A DNA stretch of 24,858 bases, from positions 1 to 24,858 of the forward strand of contig CBDAFS010000038.1 in NCBI GenBank assembly GCA_965195285.1, given 5' to 3'. Below, in pieces: positions 7,782 through 16,383 of this stretch. The position numbers were made by a program, and so were the translations under genes. This DNA comes from an uncultured Aminicenantes bacterium. Lineage in GTDB: Bacteria > Acidobacteriota > Aminicenantia > UBA2199. Within the stretch, counting starts at the first letter, position 1, and every line of letters begins with the position of its first letter. The notes beneath the pieces were generated by a model. It worked only from the letters and a program-made list of their open reading frames with translations. It did not search any database and was not told where the DNA came from.

Positions 7782-9236
7782 ATGGCAAGTGAATTTATGA
7801 AATGTCCAAAATGTGGCGCTGAATTTCAGATTTCACAAGCAATATCTCATGATATAGAAATAACCGTTGCAAAGAAATATGAAAGACAAATCAAGGACTT
7901 AAAGGAAGAATCTCAAAAAAATATTGAATTGAAAGAAAAGAAACTTAGTGAGCTGTTTAATCGAGAACGAAAAAATATTGAAGTGAAAGTCAGAAAACAG
8001 ATAGAAGATAAATTAAAACTAGAAATAGAAGATGCAAAAGAAGAGCTTGCTGAAAAAAGTAAAAAAATAAAAGAGCTACAAAGCAAAGAAATGGAAATTC
8101 TTAAAAAACAGAGAGAGTTACAAGAAAAAGAAAAATCTTTTGAGTTTGATATGGCAAAAAAGATTGCGGAAAAAGAGCTTGAAATTCGCAAGCAGTTTGC
8201 TACAGGAATGAAACAAATAGAAAGTAAAACTAAGAAAAAGACAGAGGCGACTTTCGGTTTAGAGATTAACGATTTGAAAGAACAAATAATTGAGAAAGAC
8301 AAAAAATTAAAGGAAAGCCAGGATGTTGAATTGAATTTGCGTAAACGTCAACGCTTGTTAGAGGAAAAAGAAAGGGCTTTGGAACTTGAGGTTGCTAGAA
8401 AATTAGATTTTGAAAGACAAAAGATAATTAATAAAGCACTTACAGATTATGAAGAAAAACACCGTTTAAAGGATGCTGAAAAAGAAAAGCAGATGGCTGA
8501 TATGCGAAGACAAATTGATGATCTAAAGCGGAAAGCAGAACAAGGATCACAGCAGATACAGGGTGAGGTTTTGGAACTCCATATTGAAGAGCTGCTAAGG
8601 CAAGAATTTCCTATTGATGATATAGAACCTGTACCTAAAGGAATAAAAGGAGCTGATGCGATACAGATTGTAAAATCGCAATCTGGCAAGATTTGTGGCA
8701 AAGTTCTTTGGGAATCAAAACGTACAAAAAACTGGAGTGATAATTGGATTCAAAAAGCAAAAAATGATCAGCGAGAAGCAAAAGCCCATCTGGTTGTTAT
8801 AGTTTCCGAGACTCTTCCTGATGGAGTTACTCAATTTAGTCAGATAAATGGTGTTTGGGTAGTTAGTATTCCTTTGGCATTAGATTTATCTAGGGCATTA
8901 AGGTTTATGTTACTTGAAGTAGCCAGAGAAAAATCTTTCCAGGATGGTAAAACAGAAAAAATGGAAATTCTTTACAATTATTTGACTGGAGCAGAATTTA
9001 GAAATCGATTGGAAGCAATTCTTGAGGGTTTTATAGCTTTAAAGAATGATTTGGATTCTGAAAAAAGAGCAATGGAAAAGAATTGGGCTAAAAGAGAAAA
9101 GCAAATAGATAAAGTAATAAAAAGTATTGCTGGTATGCATGGTGATCTTGAGGGTATTGCTGGTCCATCTTTGCCATTCGTAAAAATGTTAGAATTGCCT
9201 CAAGTGAATGATGGAGAAGAGGAAAAATTAGAATAA
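7782..9236 (+). CDS. DUF2130-like protein: CxxC knuckle, long coiled coil, C-terminal PD-(D/E)xK-like nuclease domain
   Basis: ATG 7782 after GGGGGTG. KCPKCG, coiled coil, KAEQGSQQIQGEVLE, GADAIQIV...GKVLWESKRTKNWSDNWIQK, EKRAMEKNWAKREKQI. Confidence 0.85.
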   Translation: MASEFMKCPKCGAEFQISQAISHDIEITVAKKYERQIKDLKEESQKNIELKEKKLSELFNRERKNIEVKVRKQIEDKLKLEIEDAKEELAEKSKKIKELQSKEMEILKKQRELQEKEKSFEFDMAKKIAEKELEIRKQFATGMKQIESKTKKKTEATFGLEINDLKEQIIEKDKKLKESQDVELNLRKRQRLLEEKERALELEVARKLDFERQKIINKALTDYEEKHRLKDAEKEKQMADMRRQIDDLKRKAEQGSQQIQGEVLELHIEELLRQEFPIDDIEPVPKGIKGADAIQIVKSQSGKICGKVLWESKRTKNWSDNWIQKAKNDQREAKAHLVVIVSETLPDGVTQFSQINGVWVVSIPLALDLSRALRFMLLEVAREKSFQDGKTEKMEILYNYLTGAEFRNRLEAILEGFIALKNDLDSEKRAMEKNWAKREKQIDKVIKSIAGMHGDLEGIAGPSLPFVKMLELPQVNDGEEEKLE

Positions 9237-9254
9237 TATGTATAAGTAGTTATC

Positions 9255-11144
9255 ATGAAATTATATAAAATCGAAATAGATAAATTCCGTTCTATCGATC
9301 ATATAGAGATAGATATTGATTCACTTGCAATCCTTATAGGAGAGAACAATGCTGGCAAATCAAATATTCTCCGTGCACTTGAGTTATTTTATCAGGATTC
9401 TGTAAGAGGAATTAATGAAGAGTTTTTTTATTTTAAGAGTCACAATGAAACTATTTCTATTATTCTTACTTTTGATAGATTGACTGATCGAGACAAAAGC
9501 CAGAAATACTTAAAACACTGGATTTATGACCAAGCTATTCGAGGGAAAAAAGTCATTAAGTATAACAATCAAATCCAGAAATATGAAATGGTTTTTTATG
9601 GATGGCAAGCAAAGCCTAGGGAAACTCATTTCGATTTATCGCGGTTGGATGAGTATAAAACTGACATCACAAGGATCGTTAGGGATAATAATCTGCCATC
9701 ATATTTTAAAACAGATAGAGGGACGGTAACCCAAGCTTCATATAAAGAAGGTGTTGTTAAACACATTGAGGAAGGTAAGGTAGAGTTTGGTGATCCTGAT
9801 TGGATAAAAAATCCAGCCGGACTCAAAGAAGTATTTGCAGATCTATTACCTAAATTTTATCTTGTTCCCGCTGTGAAAGATGCTCAAGACGAATCAAAAC
9901 CAACACAGCAAACTGTACTAGGTAAGTTGGTTAATGATTTAACGAATAGAATCGTTTTGAAAAATCCGAAATTTGAAGAAGTAAAAAATCAACTCGATGG
10001 ATTAAAGAAATATTTAAATAAATCTGAAACAGGTGATGACTCAGATAGATTACAAGAGATAAAGGATTTTGAGGAAACCATTTCTGGCATAATATGTGAA
10101 AACATGCCAGGAACAAAGGTAGGTATTGAAATTATAACTCCAGAATTAGTCGATTTATTTAAAGACGTCAAAATTACACTAGATGACGATTTGCCTACTT
10201 CTATAGACTCTAAAGGGCATGGTCTCCAAAGGGCTTTAATTTTAGCGTATATACGTGCCTATGCTAAAACAATTAGTACAGTCATAGTAGAAGAAGAGCA
10301 GCAAGAAGCACTGGTGAAAAATTTTGTATTAGCGATTGAAGAGCCTGAATTATATTTGCATCCGAATGGGCAGAGGAAGATGATGAATGTTCTCAAGAAT
10401 ATTGCCACAACTGATCAGGTGTTGGCATGTACTCATTCAAATTTCTTTGTAGATATGTACGAATACAAAAATATTGTTATTGCTTGCAGAGATGGGAATG
10501 GTCCCACAAATACTTTTCAATTTATTGGAGATATCTTTGCGTCTGAAAATTCTCAGGCAAAAAACAGGTTAAAAAAGGTATTTAGATATCTAAGCCTTTT
10601 TAATTTATCGCGTAGTGAAATGTTTTTCTCAAAGAAAGTAGTACTGACAGAAGGTGATACTGAAAGATTTATTGTTCCGTTTTGGTCTTCAAAATATGTA
10701 GAAACTGATAAAAAATATGATCTATCAGCTAACAATATTTGTGTTGTTGAATGTGGAGGGAAGACAAATATACATATTTTTATGCGAGTCCTTAATCATT
10801 TTAAAATACCTTATATTGTGATACATGACGAAGATCCAATTAGCTTTCCTGAGGATAAGCCTAATAAAACTGATAAAGAAGAAGCAGAGCTTAGAATGTT
10901 CAGAGAAAATGATTTTATTGTTAATGCTTTAGATTCAAATATTGGAAAAATTATTAAGATTACCCCGGTACTAGAACATATTATTGGAATATCTGCAAGT
11001 CAAGCAGATAAACATGGGAAAGTTGGCGCTGCATTTATGAAGTATGATGAGATGCCATTAAATAGCTATCCTGTTCAAATTCAAAGAATCTTAGATTTGA
11101 TATATTTTTGGTCTGAAGTAGATTCCGTGATTAATATTTCTTGA
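9255..11144 (+). CDS. OLD-family ATP-dependent nuclease (ABC ATPase + TOPRIM)
   Basis: KFRSI, Walker A GENNAGKS, signature SKGHGLQR, Walker B/D-loop LAIEEPELYLHP, H-loop CTHS, TOPRIM TEGDTE, GGK and DED. Confidence 0.92.
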   Translation: MKLYKIEIDKFRSIDHIEIDIDSLAILIGENNAGKSNILRALELFYQDSVRGINEEFFYFKSHNETISIILTFDRLTDRDKSQKYLKHWIYDQAIRGKKVIKYNNQIQKYEMVFYGWQAKPRETHFDLSRLDEYKTDITRIVRDNNLPSYFKTDRGTVTQASYKEGVVKHIEEGKVEFGDPDWIKNPAGLKEVFADLLPKFYLVPAVKDAQDESKPTQQTVLGKLVNDLTNRIVLKNPKFEEVKNQLDGLKKYLNKSETGDDSDRLQEIKDFEETISGIICENMPGTKVGIEIITPELVDLFKDVKITLDDDLPTSIDSKGHGLQRALILAYIRAYAKTISTVIVEEEQQEALVKNFVLAIEEPELYLHPNGQRKMMNVLKNIATTDQVLACTHSNFFVDMYEYKNIVIACRDGNGPTNTFQFIGDIFASENSQAKNRLKKVFRYLSLFNLSRSEMFFSKKVVLTEGDTERFIVPFWSSKYVETDKKYDLSANNICVVECGGKTNIHIFMRVLNHFKIPYIVIHDEDPISFPEDKPNKTDKEEAELRMFRENDFIVNALDSNIGKIIKITPVLEHIIGISASQADKHGKVGAAFMKYDEMPLNSYPVQIQRILDLIYFWSEVDSVINIS

Positions 11145-11392
11145 ATGAAAGTTTTTTAGTCTTTGGCAATTTGTAAATTCTTGCTATTTTTATTTTCCCT
11201 CCTTCGGCAATTACAGTTGTTTGGGATTTGAACCTTCTGGTTTAAGGTATCTATATCCAGTTGAATGCTCTACTTTCATGGATTTGAAAAAAATGTAATT
11301 AGTCCACTTTGAAAAAAATATAAAAGTCTTTCTAAAGATTAACTTTATTTGATTTCCCGGGTCGAGAATGAGAGAGAGAAACTTATTACAAA

Positions 11393-11490
11393 GATTCAAC
11401 TATTAGGAAATTCCTAATAGTTCAAAAAGAAGGTGGGAGGCAGGTTTCGAGGAATGTTGACTTTTATGTAATCTGGATGATTCTTTGGAT
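11393..11490 (+). pseudogene. Fragment of a second rhuM-like gene
   Basis: Reads DSTIRKFLIVQKEGGRQVSRNVDFY, then NLD after a 2-nt offset. This matches the RhuM segment DSVIKDFLTT...YYNLDMI. DNA taatctggatgatt compares with taatctggatatgatt in the intact rhuM (5486-5501). Confidence 0.7.
11398..11422. repeat. Perfect 25-bp palindrome
   Basis: AACTATTAGGAA-A-TTCCTAATAGTT: 12-bp perfect arms with a 1-nt centre. Confidence 0.92.
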
Positions 11491-11555
11491 TTAATGAAGC
11501 GAATGAAAAATCATACTGACGGGTGGTTCAATCAAAATATAATAGCTTTCGAACG

Positions 11556-12101
11556 CTACCTATTGGATCTGCTTTTTTTATATTCAGTGAAAAAATATTC
11601 AAATTTACCACTCATCCCTTCATCGGCGGACCACTTCTTAACCTTTTCAAAATCAATGACATTTTCATGTGCGACCATCAAAGCTTGAACCAGGGCTTGT
11701 TGATCGTTCCAGTGGAAATAAGCGGCCAATCTATCCATCACACAATGCGTAGGAGTAAGAAGTTTAAGATATTGATATTTTGAAACTATCTCATTAAATT
11801 CAGTCACCGGTGTATTACCTACAGATACGGGAGGAGCGGGGAAGTCAATAAAAAAATCCGTTTTTGGGTGTTTAAAAAATCTACCATCCCGGTAGAATCC
11901 GGTACCTTCAAAAGCTTTTTCCAATTCTTTCAGGGAACTATGGGTAATAAAATCCAAGTCAAAGGATTGGTATTTGTTATCAGTATAGATTGAAACAACA
12001 GCTCCACCGGTTAGCACAGCATCAATAGCAGCGTTCTTCAATATTTTACCGACTAATGAAGCCAAGTCTTTTAGGGTTATTTTCTGTGTGATCTGGATCA
12101 T
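11556..12101 (-). CDS. Pol-beta-superfamily nucleotidyltransferase (DUF6036/AbiEii-like)
   Basis: VLTGGAVVSIY...YQSFDLDF (GG...SxDxD) and a third Asp in FIDFP. ATGA overlap with the upstream HTH gene. Confidence 0.75.
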   Translation of the reverse strand: MIQITQKITLKDLASLVGKILKNAAIDAVLTGGAVVSIYTDNKYQSFDLDFITHSSLKELEKAFEGTGFYRDGRFFKHPKTDFFIDFPAPPVSVGNTPVTEFNEIVSKYQYLKLLTPTHCVMDRLAAYFHWNDQQALVQALMVAHENVIDFEKVKKWSADEGMSGKFEYFFTEYKKSRSNR

Positions 12102-12424
12102 TTTTTATCCTTTATTCTGGGGCGTGTTCGCTGCCGGTAAAACTTATTCTTAATGTTTTCAGGAAGATATTCAAAATTCTTAGCCAACAATTTTTTTACC
12201 TCATTAAGGTAAGGATATCGGGGATTCCATTGATAAATTCTGACCTTTCCCCTAAGGCGACTGACTAAAATCCCACCTTCTTCAAATTTTTGTAATTGTT
12301 TTTGGATCATGCTAAGTGGTAAGGAAAACACGCGGGAGATTTCTGTGGGATACGCTTCCTGATATACAAACAGATACATCAGTACCCTTTCCGCCGTTTT
12401 ACTGCCAAATAATTTCTCTAACAT
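12098..12424 (-). CDS. Winged-helix (ArsR-like) DNA-binding protein
   Basis: MLEKLFGSKTAERVLMYLF, YPTEISRVF...IQKQLQKFEEGGILVSRLRGKVRIYQWN winged-HTH pattern. RBS AGAAGG on the minus strand. Confidence 0.85.
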   Translation of the reverse strand: MLEKLFGSKTAERVLMYLFVYQEAYPTEISRVFSLPLSMIQKQLQKFEEGGILVSRLRGKVRIYQWNPRYPYLNEVKKLLAKNFEYLPENIKNKFYRQRTRPRIKDKK

Positions 12425-12442
12425 CTTTAACCTTCTATGTAG

Positions 12443-12471
12443 ATTATATCACCTATTTAATAGGTTGTCAA
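12443..12471 (-). promoter_or_regulatory. Consensus sigma70 promoter with a palindromic operator in the spacer
   Basis: Minus-strand TTGACA (12471-12466), 17 bp, TATAAT (12448-12443). ACCTATT-T-AATAGGT palindrome at 12451-12465 fills the spacer. Confidence 0.85.
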
Positions 12472-12643
12472 TGTTTTTCGCAATTAATTGGAATTTAAAA
12501 AAAACGACAGGTGTGTGCAAAAGTGGTTGATCCAGCCCAAGTGGGGATAAATCTAAAACTAAAAATAATGGGTGGGTTTATAGATTTTATGTGGTATTAT
12601 TCTTATGTATTATAATTAGCCGAATGTAACCATGGAGATACAT

Positions 12644-13444
12644 ATGGCAAACAAAAAAACATTTAGTTCTCTTAGCCAGACAGAGACAGAACTTATAGCA
12701 CGCCTTGCATATGAAAAAAAAGAGATCGTAACCGCAAAAGAATTGGATATTTTTTTACCTGTCGGTTTTTCTTACAGAAGACAGCTTGTATTTAGGCTCA
12801 AAAAGAAGAATATTTTAATCCCTATTAAAAGTGGTATATATATATTTGTTCCCTTAGAATCTGTTCCCACGGGTCGACGTGTTAGTGAGTTTATTATTCC
12901 GTCGGTTTATTTCCCTGATGGGAATTACTATATTGGATATTCGACAATGTTTAATTATTACAATTTTACAGTTCAGCAGTTTCAGAAAGTGTATGTTATT
13001 AATACGCGTTTGAGTAAAGAAAAGAAAATAGCTGGAATTCTATATAAATTTATAAATGTGTCCGAAGCACAAATGTACGGAATTGAAAAGAAGCTTGTGA
13101 GGGGTATTGATGTATATATGAGTTCAAAAGAGAAGACGCTTGTTGATCTTATTTATTTCAATAAACCGGTAGGCGGATTATTTCCGGCAGGAGAAATAGT
13201 AGAGCGGTTTGTAACAGAGAAAAAGTGTAATGTAAAAACACTTATTGATTATGCAGTGCGGTTTCCCAGTATAAAAACGCGCAAATACATGGGGTATATA
13301 CTGGAAAAATGCGGAATTAATGACGTGATGTTGAAACCGCTTGCAAAAAGTATTCAAGAAACATCGATCATTTCATTTTCAAAATCAAGAAAAGGCACAT
13401 TAAATAAAAAATGGAGAGTTATTATCAATGATACACGAGGATAA
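12644..13444 (+). CDS. abiEi: Type IV TA antitoxin, AbiEi family
   Basis: N-terminal wHTH (LKKKNILIPIKSGIYIF), YYIGYSTMFNYYNFTVQ, SSKEKTLVDLI. ATG 12644 follows GGAG 12634-12637. Overlaps the downstream AbiEii gene. Confidence 0.85.
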   Translation: MANKKTFSSLSQTETELIARLAYEKKEIVTAKELDIFLPVGFSYRRQLVFRLKKKNILIPIKSGIYIFVPLESVPTGRRVSEFIIPSVYFPDGNYYIGYSTMFNYYNFTVQQFQKVYVINTRLSKEKKIAGILYKFINVSEAQMYGIEKKLVRGIDVYMSSKEKTLVDLIYFNKPVGGLFPAGEIVERFVTEKKCNVKTLIDYAVRFPSIKTRKYMGYILEKCGINDVMLKPLAKSIQETSIISFSKSRKGTLNKKWRVIINDTRG

Positions 13445-14309
13445 AGAACAATTTTTTACTCTCATCGATCGTGTCGCATCATTAACAGGTTTTTACGCGC
13501 CACTCGTGGAGAAAGATTATTATTTAACGTTACTACTTTCGCGTATACATGAACTATCAGAAAACCTAATTTTCAAAGGAGGGACGTGCCTAAATAAAAT
13601 ATATTACTCATACTATCGTTTGAGTGAAGATCTTGATTTTAGTATGTTGCTCCCTCAGTATAAAGTTACACGAGGCGAGAGGCGCAAATGTATCCAGCCG
13701 GTTAAGGATAGTATTGAGGGGTTTGTTAAGCAATTTGGAATGAAGATTGATGATGCTGGCAATCCCGGGCGAAATGAATCGAAACAATATGTATATCATC
13801 TAGTATATGATTCCATCACAACGCTTTCAGAGCAGATGGTTAAATTTGAAATAGGACTCAGGTTTAATACTATTTTGGCAATCGAAAAAAGGCAGGTGAG
13901 GCATAAATTTAAACACTCTTTTACCGATGAGCCGTTGGTTCCTGGAGGAGAAGTTCAATGTATGTCATTAAAAGAAATTGTGTCGGAAAAGTTACGCGCA
14001 GGAGCGATACGGAAAATTATAGCTCCCCGAGACTTCTACGACATTGATTTTATTCTGCACAATAAGTTTGATTTGACCAATAGAGAAGTAATAACCCTGT
14101 TCGAAAAGAAACTTCAAGAGGATGGCGCTGATAAAGATTTAAGTAAATATAGGAAGAATCTTGGCAGTTCAGATGAAGAAATAAAAGATATGAATTCACG
14201 TATTGAAACAGAATTATTTGATGTTTTGACAGCCGAAGAACGAAAAAATTTTGATTTGAGTACAGCACTTAAAAGAATTAACAAAGCTATGGGAGCAATC
14301 GGGAAATGA
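13428..14309 (+). CDS. abiEii: Type IV TA toxin, AbiEii-family nucleotidyltransferase
   Basis: VEKDYY, LIFKGGTCLNKIY, RLSEDLDFS, EKLRA, PRDFYDI. Confidence 0.92.
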   Translation: MIHEDKEQFFTLIDRVASLTGFYAPLVEKDYYLTLLLSRIHELSENLIFKGGTCLNKIYYSYYRLSEDLDFSMLLPQYKVTRGERRKCIQPVKDSIEGFVKQFGMKIDDAGNPGRNESKQYVYHLVYDSITTLSEQMVKFEIGLRFNTILAIEKRQVRHKFKHSFTDEPLVPGGEVQCMSLKEIVSEKLRAGAIRKIIAPRDFYDIDFILHNKFDLTNREVITLFEKKLQEDGADKDLSKYRKNLGSSDEEIKDMNSRIETELFDVLTAEERKNFDLSTALKRINKAMGAIGK

Positions 14310-15595
14310 AATTTTTTATTAAGACCTATGGATGCCAGATGAATGTGAATGATTCTGAAAAGATCCGGCATATTTTAGAATCCCGGGGGGGGCACCATTG
14401 CCAGAATGAAGCCCAGGCCGATATTATTATTATTAACAGTTGTGCGGTCAGAGAGAAAGCCCAGGAAAAGATCTTTTCTTATATCGGAAGAATTTCATCT
14501 GATAAAAAAATTATTGTAGCCGGTTGTGTGGCCCAATCTGAAAGAGAAGCGATTTTATCCAGAAGTCCTGCGGTTGATTTTATCCTGGGAACCCATCAAT
14601 ATTCCCGGATTCACTCGGCCATCGACCTGATTACCAATCAGAACAGAAAGAAAGTGTGGGTCGGGTTTACAAAAAAGTGGGTGGAATTATATCCGGATTC
14701 AGAATCCAGGACCAGTGCTGTTTCCGGTTATATTTCGATTATGGAAGGGTGCAATAATTTTTGCTCATATTGTATTGTCCCTTTTACCAGAGGCCGGGAG
14801 AAATACAGACCATATGAAAAGATTCTGGAGGAGGCAGAGTATCTCTCCGATAAAGGCTATAAGGAAATTGTTTTGCTGGGGCAAAATGTGAATAATTGGG
14901 AAGACCGGATCAATCGTAAAACCTTTCCCCAGCTCCTGGGTACACTGGCTGAAAAAACCAGGGTTCGCTGGATTCGTTTTATCACTTCCTATCCGGGTTA
15001 TTTTGATGAAGAGTTGATTGAAGTCATGTTACAATACAAAAATATTACTCGCCATATACACTTTCCGGCTCAGTCCGGATCCACCAGGGTGTTGAAAAAA
15101 ATGAACCGCTCCTATCACCGGAAAGATTATATTCAGATTGTCGATCGATTTAAAAAAAAGATCCCGGATATGAAGTTCAGCTCGGATTTTATTGTTGGGT
15201 TTCCGGGAGAGAGTGAATATGATTTTCAGCTGACCTTATCATTGATCAGGCATGTCGAATATGAATCGGTTTTTTCATTTGTTTATTCGCCCAGGAACTA
15301 TACCCGATCCTTCCTGCAACCTGACGATGTTCCTCTCGAGGTAAAAAAGGGTAGATTGTACGAGCTGCAGAAAATTCAGGAAAAAATTCAGTTAAAAAAC
15401 AACCGGAAACTCATTGGCCAGATTGTGGAAGTTTTGATCACCCGGGAAAATCCCAAAAAGCAGGGTGAGGTGATTGGAAGAACAGAGAGCCATCGGGTGG
15501 TTAATCTTCGCTCAGGGGGGGTGGCTGGAGAATTCAGGCCGGTATTGATCGAGAATGTAGGTCCCCATTCCCTCAGGGGTGTGGATATCGGCTAA
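14306..15595 (+). CDS. miaB: tRNA (i6A37) methylthiotransferase MiaB
   Basis: TYGCQMNVNDSE, NSCAVREKA, GCVAQ, radical-SAM GCNNFCSYCIVP, LLGQNVN, SDFIVGFPGE, FSFVYSPR, C-terminal TRAM domain. Confidence 0.95.
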   Translation: MKFFIKTYGCQMNVNDSEKIRHILESRGGHHCQNEAQADIIIINSCAVREKAQEKIFSYIGRISSDKKIIVAGCVAQSEREAILSRSPAVDFILGTHQYSRIHSAIDLITNQNRKKVWVGFTKKWVELYPDSESRTSAVSGYISIMEGCNNFCSYCIVPFTRGREKYRPYEKILEEAEYLSDKGYKEIVLLGQNVNNWEDRINRKTFPQLLGTLAEKTRVRWIRFITSYPGYFDEELIEVMLQYKNITRHIHFPAQSGSTRVLKKMNRSYHRKDYIQIVDRFKKKIPDMKFSSDFIVGFPGESEYDFQLTLSLIRHVEYESVFSFVYSPRNYTRSFLQPDDVPLEVKKGRLYELQKIQEKIQLKNNRKLIGQIVEVLITRENPKKQGEVIGRTESHRVVNLRSGGVAGEFRPVLIENVGPHSLRGVDIG

Positions 15596-15686
15596 AAATT
15601 CCGGCCTTCCCTTTCTTGACTTTGAAAAAGAAATATGATAAATAAAGAGCTATTCTGATTGAAATCATGACAGTATAGGTGAGGCG

Positions 15687-16196
15687 ATGTTAATAGACAT
15701 TAAAAAAATAACCAGTGAAGGGCTTTCTTTAAGCGACCATATTGAACTGGAAGAAAATTTGTTGATCGAGGATGGGGGTTATTTTATCGAGGACCTCCAT
15801 TATAATGCCTTTTTTGTCCGCCACGGAGATCAAATAATAGTCAAGGGTAAAATCAAAACATCGCTCTCTCTTCGCTGTGTCAGGTGTTTGGAAAATTTTG
15901 AACTGAAAGTGAACTCCAGATTTGATATCATTTTGTTCCCGGCCAACCTGATTCATATCAGCAGCCTGCACTTGAATGATGATGATATGGAATACATTTT
16001 TTATGAAGGTAATAAAATAGATATTGAAAAGATCCTGATGGAGCAGGTCAATTTTTTTGTCCCTTTTAATCCGCTTTGCCACTCAGCCTGTAAGGGGATA
16101 TGTCCTGTTTGCGGGGTTGATTTAAATCATGAATCCTGTAAATGTGAAAATTCATTTAATGAAATGAGTTTACTCATTGATAAAGTAAAGAGGTAA
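15687..16196 (+). CDS. yceD: YceD/DUF177 family metal-binding protein
   Basis: CVRCL and LCHSACKGICPVCGVDLN motifs. Conserved position upstream of rpmF. Confidence 0.9.
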   Translation: MLIDIKKITSEGLSLSDHIELEENLLIEDGGYFIEDLHYNAFFVRHGDQIIVKGKIKTSLSLRCVRCLENFELKVNSRFDIILFPANLIHISSLHLNDDDMEYIFYEGNKIDIEKILMEQVNFFVPFNPLCHSACKGICPVCGVDLNHESCKCENSFNEMSLLIDKVKR

Positions 16197-16198
16197 AA

Positions 16199-16381
16199 AT
16201 GGCACTTCCAAAAAGACGACATTCTCATCAAAGAAAAAACAAGAGGCGGTCTCATCATGCGCTAAAAGTGGAAGGATTATCAATTTGTCCCCATTGTAAA
16301 GAACCAAAATATCCTCATCGAATCTGTAAAAACTGCGGTTATTATGAAGACAGGCAGGTTAAAAAGGGCGAGGAAGACTGA
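16199..16381 (+). CDS. rpmF: 50S ribosomal protein L32 (Zn-ribbon type)
   Basis: MALPKRRHS...KRRSH, CPHC...PHRICKNCGYY. Confidence 0.97.
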   Translation: MALPKRRHSHQRKNKRRSHHALKVEGLSICPHCKEPKYPHRICKNCGYYEDRQVKKGEED

Positions 16382-16383
16382 TT

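Larger units (their letters stand above)
1703..14309. mobile_element. Accessory/defence island between recN and miaB (no integrase seen)
   Basis: Dense RM, TA, OLD-nuclease, radC and rhuM content plus gene fragments. Visibly AT-richer than the flanking core genes. Boundaries are inferred from gene content only. Confidence 0.7.

Noticed and set aside
11145-11399. 62-aa minus-strand ORF and a following AAGGAGG-like RBS
   Set aside because: No recognisable motifs and no ATG after the RBS. May be gene debris but cannot be supported.
9255-11555. Gabija or retron system
   Set aside because: No UvrD/GajB helicase or reverse transcriptase next to the OLD gene.
12549-12616. AbiEi operator/promoter (AAATCTA...TAGATTT; TATAAT 12611-12616)
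   Set aside because: Only a 7-bp inverted repeat in AT-rich DNA and no clear -35, too weak to call.
1703-14320. attL/attR direct repeats or a tRNA target at the island ends
   Set aside because: None found by eye, and no tRNA/rRNA gene was recognised in the window. A computational repeat search would be needed to exclude short ones.
14385-14392. G8 tract in miaB as a phase-variation site
   Set aside because: In frame, short, encodes RGG in a housekeeping gene, and there is no read evidence of variation.
15616-15644. Promoter for yceD-rpmF (TTGACT...TGATAAAT)
   Set aside because: Plausible location, but the -10 match at proper spacing is poor.
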